64,000 bases of DNA, taken from contig JADIIX010000111.1 in assembly GCA_027604505.1 (NCBI GenBank), positions 1 to 64,000 of the forward strand, in the 5' to 3' direction. Shown piece after piece: positions 29,596 through 39,600 of this stretch (position 1 is the stretch's first letter; every line of letters starts with the position of its first letter). The notes under the pieces were generated by a model. The model saw nothing but the letters and a program-made list of their open reading frames with translations. It was not told where the DNA came from and did no database searches. This DNA comes from Gonapodya sp. JEL0774 (lineage: Eukaryota). Made by a program: the position numbers and the translations under genes.

Positions 29596-30753
29596 TGTTC
29601 AATTGATTTTGATTTGGAAGTGAAGTTCGACAGAGTGATGGCCACGCACTTCTGCCGAATCAAGAATTGAGCGACAACGAATGAGCGAACCACGATTCGA
29701 CGAACAAGGTAGCACATTCGTCCACTTCAATGTAGTCAAATTCAACTGTATAAGAACTACAGGACCAAAGTACTACGCTCTCCCATGATAATACGTGTCG
29801 TTTTCTAAGTGGACAGAGTTCTACCAAAAATCATAAAAGTACGTAGAGTGTCCGCGCTTAATAATACAATCTCTTTGGTGTTCCTTGCTCCGGATTCCAG
29901 TTTCAAACACGAAGGATCTCGGGGTGGTCGTGAAGGCCAGATCCGGATTGTCCAACCGGGAAAAGAACTCGACAAATTGACACCTCCAAAGAAACACGCT
30001 CTCCTTTTGAAAGATGATCTGTCGAAGGAGTCAGTGCCGGTGACGGCAACATGCTGTTGGTTGTAGCCCTGAGCGATGGGGCTACTCGACGGGGAGCAGC
30101 AGGGACAGTCTGTACCGGAACAAATCTCTCAGGTGTCGTCAGGTCGGTCATGCCCTTGTTGCAAAGCCACGAGAAGTTGCAGCGAGAGCGAACGGGGTTG
30201 CCAAAGAACGGGAAGGAAAAACCCTCAAAAGTCGAAAAGGAGACTGGGGGTGGCGACGGGCGACGAAGCGGGAGACACGTTCTAACTTCGACCTACAAAG
30301 AAATATGAGCGCGCAGAGTCCAGATTTTTGGGGATCGGAGCAGATTAGATGACTTTTCGGCCCGATGGTTTTTGACTTCGCCCATGGTCGCTGCCGCCAC
30401 ACCGGTGACCGCGTCCAGAATCGAGGAGCGAGCCTAGCCGATGGGAAAAGTTGCTCGTACTTACGAATACTGTCCAGCAGCGACTCGTCCAATCTGAACA
30501 GGCTATAGATAAGAAGTTTTCCCGTTGCACCCAGGGAGGACGGTTCGGCGGGAGGCGGAGGCGTGTTGACCCTCAATCTGCAATTCTGCAAAACCTTTTG
30601 CATTGGCAAACCCGTCCCGAAATACCTTATATTTCGGTTCTTTAGGATGTAACCGGGAAGGTATGCACTTCTGACTATATTTTTCGGGCCTGAGGGAGGA
30701 GATTCCACCAAACAGAAAGGCAACCTATATATTCTCCCAATATTCTTCATAAA

Positions 30754-32779
30754 TTACAGTCTCATCTCTAATTCAAATTCTGTAATACTTTCTTCAATTG
30801 CCTTTCCAATGATATCGATCTCCTCCCTGAGAAGGGACAAAGGTGCATGGGGCACGTCTCAGTTCAGGCGCGATCTCAGAAGGTCCCCCCTCACAACACA
30901 TGACTAACAAAGCGACACGAAAGGACATACCTTTTCACAATCAAAGGAGGTGCGACCATAATCCATTGCCCATAACTTCCACCCGCTGCCACTCGCACAT
31001 CTGTTTATTCGATGGGTATGGGATGCAGGTGGAGGATGCAATCAAACACAACACAACAATGCAGGCGATTCAGATGAAAACGTCACTTGAAACCCACATA
31101 AGACAACCCCACGCGATTCCGCTTTGCTCGCTATCCGATACGCCGCACGCTCGCTCAAATCCCACGTCTCTTTGGTCTCTTTGTTCTTCACGATTTCAAT
31201 GGCCATAAGCAATCCTCTGCCTCGAACGTCACCGAGAGATCGGGTTCGAGATTGCACACCGAGCAGAGTGGTTTTGAGATAAGCGCCCATTTCAATGCAG
31301 TTGTCCATGAGGTGGTCGTCGATAAGGACGTCGAGACATGCTACCGCAACAGCACACTGAATAGGTGTGGACGTGTCTGACCGTAAACATGCTTAGTAAT
31401 TCAGCGCATCACCCACAAGGGTTGCGGATATTCACATGTGTGTCCGTGGTTGAAACCACCCTTTTCCGTGACTGTCTGTACGATCCAATTCGGAGCAACA
31501 ACTGCACCAAGAGGTATATACCCCGCAGAGAGACCCTTGGCCATGATCTGCAGATGAACGAGGTCAAGGTCTACGCGAGACATCTGACTGAGAACCTCTC
31601 AGGATCTCACCAGTACGTCGGGTCTGCAATCTGGCCACCAATGAGCGGCGAGGAACTTGCCCGTTCTTCCTGCACCGGTCATGACCTCGTCAAAGATAAG
31701 AATGAGTCCGTATTTGGTACAGATATCTCTGTTCACGAGGGAGAAGAAATGTGCCCACAGATGTTATGCGGAATGGTTCCAACAGAATGCGGTCTCAGTC
31801 AATACACTTCCATGTCTGATTCGCCACAACAGCTTACCTTACACCTTTGTAATACGAATCTGGAGCAACTAGTGCACCTGTCGCTAAACCTCCCACAGGT
31901 TCCATAATGAAACCGAGAATTGTTTCGGGTCCCTCTTCAAGAATGGTGGCCTCAAGTTGGCGAAGACATTCAGCACTGTAATCCTCGGCGTTTTCAAAGG
32001 GAGCAGGGATGCGATATGTGAACGGGGTCGGCACTTTGGGGTGGCGTGCCATCTATTCGTAAGGGGGAAGGCGAAACAAGGTCATCATCGAATAGACAGA
32101 ATGGCATCTCATAAGACAAACCAATGGCCCAAACATTTCCTCTGTAACCGGATCACCAGTCAAAGATAGAGCCCCGAGAGTACTGCCGTGGTAGGCGGGC
32201 ATGCGACTGAGTATTTTCCATTTCTTCGACTCCCCCTTGGCAAGAGCCCAGCTCCGGAGCAACTTAATACAGCATTCAATAGCTTCGCTACCTCCACTAA
32301 CGAAATAGGCCCGATCGTACCCTGGTCCGCAGAGCGAACAGAGCTTGTTCGAGAGTTCAACATTCGGTGGGTTCTCAAACGAGCGATACGTGGCGAATGG
32401 TGTCTTCAAAGCCTGCTCGTGGAGAGCTGTTATAATGCGCTTGTTGCCGTAGCCCACGTTCACGGCGACTACACGATGAATCGTTGAACAGGATGACGAT
32501 GTGTCTTGTCAGGTACCATTCAAAGAGCGCAGTTTTTGGACCGATCCGTCGAGCTTACTGGGGCCCGAGCTCGCATCCATGAGCTTCCTTCCATCCGATG
32601 TAAATAAATATATGCCCTCGGCGTGGGTCACGGTTGGGAGTCTTGGGGTCGAGACCGGCAGGAAGAACTCTTCCTCACGGGATGAAGACGTGAGCTCAAC
32701 ATCGACGGATGCGATGCAAAATCCCCCACTCACCATGAATCGGTCCACCCTGCTCTGTTTCTCCAATTAGTTTCGTCAT
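30754..32779 (-). CDS. Class III PLP-dependent aminotransferase (omega-amine/BioA-like), multi-exon
   Basis: AEGIYLFTSDGRKLMDASSG, VNVGYGN, FVSGGSEAIE, AYHGSTLGALS, FIMEPVGG, LIFDEVMTGAGRTG, MAKGLSAGYIPLG (PLP lysine), FNHGHT, GDVRGRGLL. Confidence 0.92.
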
Positions 32780-33249
32780 TCTTTCTGGGTTGCTCCTCGG
32801 CATTGGTGGACCGGCGGCACCGTGAGGGTAATTTCTGGTATATGTACAACATACATCCGCACACTAGTCTATTCCCTGTTTGCTGTAAGACTAACAAATT
32901 GTATTTCCCTGGTGTTGGACGTGAGGCCGAATGCTTCTAGGCATCTTATGGCTTCTGTTCGTTCATCGGGCCGAATCAGTGACTTCCTGCAAATGAATCC
33001 GAGCTGGACACACCCACAGACGTATCAGCATTACCATCGTAATCACAGCGCTCTCGCTTTCATCGCATCTGCTAGACAAAAAGTCATTCACCGATTTCAA
33101 CCACTTGCACCTAACGTGCCCGACCGCAGCTCCTGCCATGAGTGACCTCATCACAAATCCAAGGATTGCTCGCATAATCGAAGATGCTTCGAGCCGAAGA
33201 GGAGAAAATGGTCTCCGTGGACTTGCAGCAGAATTCTATGCCTAACACC

Positions 33250-34830
33250 GAGGTGTTAGGCAGTCTTGAGATCTAAAACCAGTGGCAGGGTCAGTGCCTT
33301 TGCTGTTTTCCAAGTTGGTGATATCTTCAGAAGAGACAGCACACAGCTCCATGGACAGCAAAACATTTGTAAAATACCAGGGTGTCTGATATCTATGCAT
33401 GGAGATATCACAAAGTGAAAAGTGACACAAGATTCAGTATTGTGCTTTGGTTTTGCAAAGGAGGGCACTCTCATATGGATTGGTACACCCAGAGGTCTTG
33501 ATGGTGTTGAATTTCTCAGTCCAAAAAAAAGAGGATCAAATAGCATCTTGTCATTCTTGTGTACTGAAGGTGCTCTTGGAAACACATGTACAGTCACACC
33601 AGTGTGGTGTAACCGTGACGGTTCCGTGGGTCCGGACGTAGTCTCGAGTACTCGTATGTATATTGTTAGCGTCTCTAGTACATGTGGGTATTTATACTAG
33701 TCTGTGGCCACCCAGTGGGTCAGATGTCATGGGTACACAACACCAGACTGCTGCACTGGAATGTCCTTGTATCTCCTTCAAAGCACAGAGCAGCAACAAC
33801 AGTGAAGGTTCAGATGGTTGGTGCAGAATCCAGTGCCAAGGCTGCTATTGTACCCAATAGTCATGTAAGGAGCAGACAACTCAAACCAATCCTGAGATGT
33901 TTGCCAAGGCTGACAAAGTCTGTACCGTAACTCAACTGGTGAGGCCAAAAACAAAATAAAAAATGCACAGTTCTATAGGTACTATACAGCTTGCGATGGA
34001 GAGACTGCATTTTACAGGCCAAAAGTGGTGTCATTTTTGAACACAATGATCTGGCCTATGGGTACAATTTGCATGCACACTACAGAAGCGCACTGGATTG
34101 TTCTGGCACCAAACAAACATTTTGTGGCCTATAACAACTGTCTAAACAATGTGGAGATTGTCCCTTCCCAGTGCAGCTACTGTACCTGTGGAACAGTGAG
34201 TGTGAATTCCATGGTCTTAGGTCAGGGGCTCCAGGCTCTCAAGGCACTTGAGCAAAAGCATGAAGAAATTCCAAGCAATTCCACGCTGTTTTTAGACTCA
34301 CCATCTTAGGAAGACTTGATAGCAGCATTTTCAGTGAAATATGTCACCCAAAACACTTGCTGGCTCCAGTGGCAACTCCCTCCACTTCGGAGGCACTGGA
34401 ACATACTGCAAAGCAAATCCAAGCAATCCAGCAGTATTCTTGCATTTATTCACTCATTCAAGAGGGGCACACAGCTTCTCAGGAACACAAGGACACCGGT
34501 TTGGCATCCAGAACACTTGCCGTCTTGAGTGACAGCTCCTGCAGCTCAGGGCACTGGAGCAAACTTTGAGGCCATTCCAGGCATTCAAACAACACTTTCA
34601 GAATGTAATGCTCAGAAAAGTGTGTGTCTAGTGTGCTTTTCAGCTACATCAAGTGACCATTAAAAGTTAGCCTCCAGAATGCGTGCCATCAACCAGTAGC
34701 AGGTAATGTTCCTACCTGGCCAAGTCCGGCTGGGTAATTACACTACCTGACCCAACCCAGTTACTGAAAACGGTGGACCTGACGCAACCCGGGTCCTAGC
34801 AGGGTCCAGCCCTACCTGACCCAGACAACT
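33250..34830. mobile_element. Degenerate, CpG-depleted repeat/transposon relic
   Basis: No CG dinucleotide seen in about 33251-33612 or about 33672-33925, with CA/TG abundant, unlike the CG-rich flanking genes. No intact ORF. Short ACCTGACCCA-type repeats at 34743-34823. Confidence 0.6.
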
Positions 34831-36087
34831 TCATCCGCCAATTTTGAGCGCCTCACCTGTAGTTTGCATCGCCTACCCCTACGGCATGTGTGTACAAATG
34901 GTTGAGCAAGTGCGAGGTAGTTTACAAAATTTAGCTAGTTAGTTGTGTTTGGATTTCAAACACATAACTACTCTCAGGGTATAAATGCTGGCTCCCAGCC
35001 ACCCACCTTGCTTGGCACCTGGGTGCCATCATCTCGACCATCAATTGCAGGGGGGTCCACGACCGCCCGACCTTAGAACTGAAAGGAGGTGTGAAGATCG
35101 TGGGGACAAGAATCTAGAGGCACGGCACCCACTCGAGCGATGTAGTATAATTCTAGAACAAGCTCCACGATAACCTATCGGCCATTAAGGTTTCCCAATG
35201 CTATCGGCATAGTTCTTGTACTCCTGAGAATCAACAACGATAATGCCTTGGTTTATAACCCATTCGCAGCACAAAAAGAGTATAACATCAACCAGCATTT
35301 GTCGTTGCTATCGCACAACCTTGTGGTCATGTCTATATACTTTAGCGCCGAGCTTACTTCCCTCAGTATTCACATGACTCAAAAGCCCAGAATGCTGGGA
35401 TATCATTATCTGCAGTCGACCAGTCCTCTGATTTGTCGATCTTCACTTGAAACAGACAAGATGCAACAACCAGCCGGCATTTGAACACGGCATGATCTCA
35501 CCTCATATTTTCTCAAAGTACCCAACTGTGCACTCCCACTCCTATGATCGACTCTGGCAGATGTCCATTCCCTATCGGCTACCAAGAATTTATTGGGTCA
35601 ACAGAAAACTGGATGAACAAACAAATAACCTTCATCACAAGAACTGGGCTCATCAATCTCCAACACCTTCCATGATGACTTCCCTGGACCGAACGGCGCG
35701 CTGGTGGTTTGGTCAGTACAGCGTATCCGCACAACCTCTTTTCTTGTCGTCGGATATCATTTGATCCTGTCCGTACTCCCTTGTCCAATGGCCGTTCAAG
35801 AACATGCAAACTTGTTGGGGGACGTACTTGTTATCGTTATTCGGTAATCGAAGACTCTGAGTGAATTGTTTCGTTTCCAATTTAAAAATACATCGTGAAG
35901 AGCTCAGGCTGATAATAATATCAGTTGGTTCGGAGCATTCCATCCTCCGTGGTCCGGAGTTTTGGTAATGACGATGGTTCCTTTTGCGACCCTTCTGGTC
36001 GGATCCAGTTTTTCGCGATTCCGCTGTGCAATCACATTGAGCATTCGTACATCTCTGTGCGATCCTACCTTGATTACCATCCGCACT

Positions 36088-38508
36088 ATGTCAGCACACC
36101 TGCATCAAAATGGCGACTCGGCAGCAACGGAGAAGGGTAATCTCATTCCCAACCCTTTCCCGTTTCCAACAACCAATTTCGCTCCAGGAGGGCCTCAAGA
36201 TATTGAAACTTTCCGAAAGAATGGCAAGGAGATGATCGATTTCATGTGTTAGTGGTTATCATGGTGGTCTTTGGGGGTTTGTAGTTCTGTCGTAGATCGT
36301 GATGCCATCACTCACTCGTCTGCTCAGGTGATTACTACAAAACCGTTGGAAATTACTCAAGTACGTACACTCGATGCCAGGGTATAATCATATCGAGTCA
36401 CTGGTCTCTTCCCATCCTGGCAGCTCTCTCCCGTGTAACACCTGGCTACCTCGCTCCTTTACTACCTAAGGAAGCGCCTGAAAGTGAGTGGCACGAAGAA
36501 AATATGGAGAGGGACTTCCTCTGGCTAAAGATTTGTGATTGCGAATATGTTTCCAGCCCCGGAATCGTTTGAGACAATTCTCGCCGATTTCCAGCAGCAC
36601 ATAATCCCCGGGGTCACTCACTGGGAGTCCCCCAATTTCTTCGCCTTCTTTCCTAGCAACAATAGCTTTCCGAGTCTACTCGGAGATATGCTCAGCGGGT
36701 ACGTAATCGGGGGTCTCTCGCCCCGAGTTGAATCTCAAGCCCTAATCTCGCGACATCCCAAAGAATGATCAACTGTATCGGATTCAATTGGGTGGGTGTA
36801 ATAGCTGCCCCTTCCTGCCTGTTCAGTCACCCAGAAAGGATTTCTTGGCCATCGATCTGCGATACAGATGACCTCTCCTGCATGCACCGAACTTGAGATG
36901 ATCACCATGGACTGGCTCGCCAAGCTGGTAGGACTACCCGACGCGTACCTAAACACTTCGGGCGTCGGTGGAGGCGTGATCCAGGTAAGTAACCTTTAAA
37001 GTGCTCGAGCAGAGGCTTGTGAGATCTCATCCACCGGATTCTCAACACGGAGCTAGATGTCCGCATCTGACGCGTCTGTTGTGGCTATGATTGCCGCACG
37101 CCAGCGTATGCTGAGGAAGGTGAGAACTCAAATGGAATCTGAGGGTCGGGGTGGGGAGTTCAACGAGCAGGATGTCATCAAGAGAATGATATTTTATGGA
37201 AGTGACGAGGTATGCTATCGCGGTTGCTCAATTGATAAACGAAGTGCTCGAAGTTGCATGACATAATTCTGGCGCAGGCGCACTCCTGTCACAAGAAGGG
37301 AGCGATGGTGCTCAAGCTGAATTTTAGAACCATTGGGGCAGACGACACGTACGCCCTGACTGGAGCAGCACTAAAATCAGCCATCGAGGTACGGTCGGTG
37401 CTTCGTCAATTCCAGAAAGATGGCTCGTTGGGGGTCCTTAATTCAACTGTCTGTGTCTGACAGGAAGATCTCGCAGCCGGCCTTCTTCCTACCTTTTACG
37501 TCGGCACAATTGGCTCCACATCTCTCGGTGCCTCTGATCACATTGAAGAACTCGGGCCGGTCTGCCGGGATGCCGGTGTGTGGTTTCACGTCGATGCTGC
37601 CTGGGCCGGTAGCGCGTTTGTGTGCCCAGAGCACAGGAGCCTGATGAAGGGGATCGTTGACGAGAAGACAGGAGAGGTGTTCGTTGACTCATACGATTTC
37701 AACCCGCATAAGTGGTTGCTGGTGAACTTCGATTGTTCGGCGATGTGGTAAGTTCTCGTATCTCTGTTGGCCACTTCCGTGACTTCAAGACAATGGTGCT
37801 GTCGTTCCGGCAGGCTGAAAGACAGAAGCGATCTTGTGGACGCCATGTCCATCATGCCCGCGTACCTGCGAAACAAGGCATCCTCCTCGGGTTGGTACAG
37901 CCCCTGTTGTCGCGGATTCTGACAATTAATTCGCATCCATAATGTGCAGGTGCTGTCATCGACTACCGTGACTGGCAGGTGCCGCTTGGACGAAGGTTCC
38001 GATCGCTCAAGTTGTGGTTTGTGATGCGGCAATTTGGAGCGTCAGGCCTTCGAGAGCACATTACCAAGGTGGATATCATCAGATATTTAATCCATTATTT
38101 TCTCACTCCCAAGTCTCTATCCTTTCCTTGGCATCCCAGTGTGTCAACCTGACACGGTTCTTCGAAGTCCTCCTCGCTACCGACTCGCGCTTTGAAGTCA
38201 TTGTTCCCCGCTCCCTCGCTCTCATTTGCTTCCGTCTCAAACCCTCTGTGTTGTCCGCAAACTCAACCATTGACATCAACGCTGTAAACCGGCGGCTTGC
38301 CGACGCAATCAACGACACAACAAACTTCCTCATTACTGCAAGTGAGGTCAAGGCCAAGCCTGAGACGGTAGATCCGATCACAGGCAAGGCAAGGATGACT
38401 TTCTTTTTGCGGGTGACAATTGGTGGTTGGTCAGAGGAGGAGAATGTACGAGGGATTTGGGAGGTCACGAGAAGTTACGCAGACAAGGTCCTTGCAGAGC
38501 TCAAGTAA
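36088..38508 (+). CDS. Aromatic-L-amino-acid decarboxylase (group II PLP decarboxylase), many exons
   Basis: [71 protein letters not shown] (PLP lysine), [26 protein letters not shown]. Confidence 0.95.
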
Positions 38509-38622
38509 TATATGAACGCGGTATGATCAGGATTACAGAAACCAATTTTATTATTACTACCGTCAATGCGGATAGAGCACTACAAATGATTTTTGAACAG
38601 CATTTTTGCGCAGTTCATATCA

Positions 38623-39210
38623 TCACCCAAAAGTGGTAGCGTTTTGGGCCCAGTTGGCACCCGGAATGTCTGAAAAGAGAATATAGACACGATCTCCCGA
38701 GAGCTGGGGGAACTCAGACTGATAATCAGGTACGTAGTGGTAAGAATAGCTAGTGAGTGAATCGCTTTGCAAAGATTCATCTGAACGCAAACGCACTTGC
38801 AAGGCATTGACCACCACCGCCGCGGTTTTCTTGTTGTTCGCCGACGCAATTCCGCCAATGCTACTGATTTGTGCGAGCGCAGCTGGCGCTTCAGTACCGC
38901 CAAAAGTCAGCGCGACGTCGGGAATGACGTATACTTGCATGTACTGTTGCAAGGATCAGGCCATCATCCCACACCTGAAAAATGATTGCACTCACCGCCT
39001 CCGGTTTTCCAAGAGCACCAACAACTCCCTTTGAAAGAACCTTCGCGACTTTAATGCAAGCGTCTTTGGCCGCGGGGAAGTTGAGCTTTACTTCGCAGAG
39101 CTGATGAGATAGATGGAAACAAGGTGAAGATCCCGCGAGATCATCGTGGGCAGGCCGGTTATAAACATCGTTTGGGATCGATCGGACGAGACGTCAAAGC
39201 TTACAGGCAT
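38623..39210 (-). CDS. MIF / D-dopachrome tautomerase family protein
   Basis: Exon 1 ATGCCT|GTAAG (39210-39205) gives Met-Pro. Then LCEVKLN...ALGKPEA / YMQV...LTFGGTEAPAALAQISSIGGI...NKK / DRVYILFSDIPGANWAQNATTFG*, all MIF-like motifs. Confidence 0.9.
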
Positions 39211-39600
39211 TTTGTTTCGTGTGGTGATGAATTTAATTTGAGCTCGAGGGGTCTATATATATTGGAGCTTAGTCTAGCTTGCGTAGTCTGTTTTCGTGGT
39301 TCCATTTCAGGCATCACATGTGTATAAACATCGCAGGACTTCCGCAAGCACAACCAATTATGGAATAACAAGGGAGTTGAGAAATGGAATCGTGCGCTTA
39401 CAACACTGGGCCATGATATCAATATATACCTGCTTCTTTTGTAATTTGAGATGATAGCTTCAAGCGTGGATAATTGTTCAACGACAATGTACTAGTGCAG
39501 CGCGATTTCATTTCAAGGATCCAGTTGGCTTTATGGACTTCATTTGGTGGTGGTTTTTCTTTCTCCCTTCCGTTTACCGATTTCCGCTCCCCGTTGGGTA

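Noticed and set aside
29800..30750. Several short ORFs between YIP1 and the aminotransferase
   Set aside because: No recognisable motif and no phase-consistent exon chain found.
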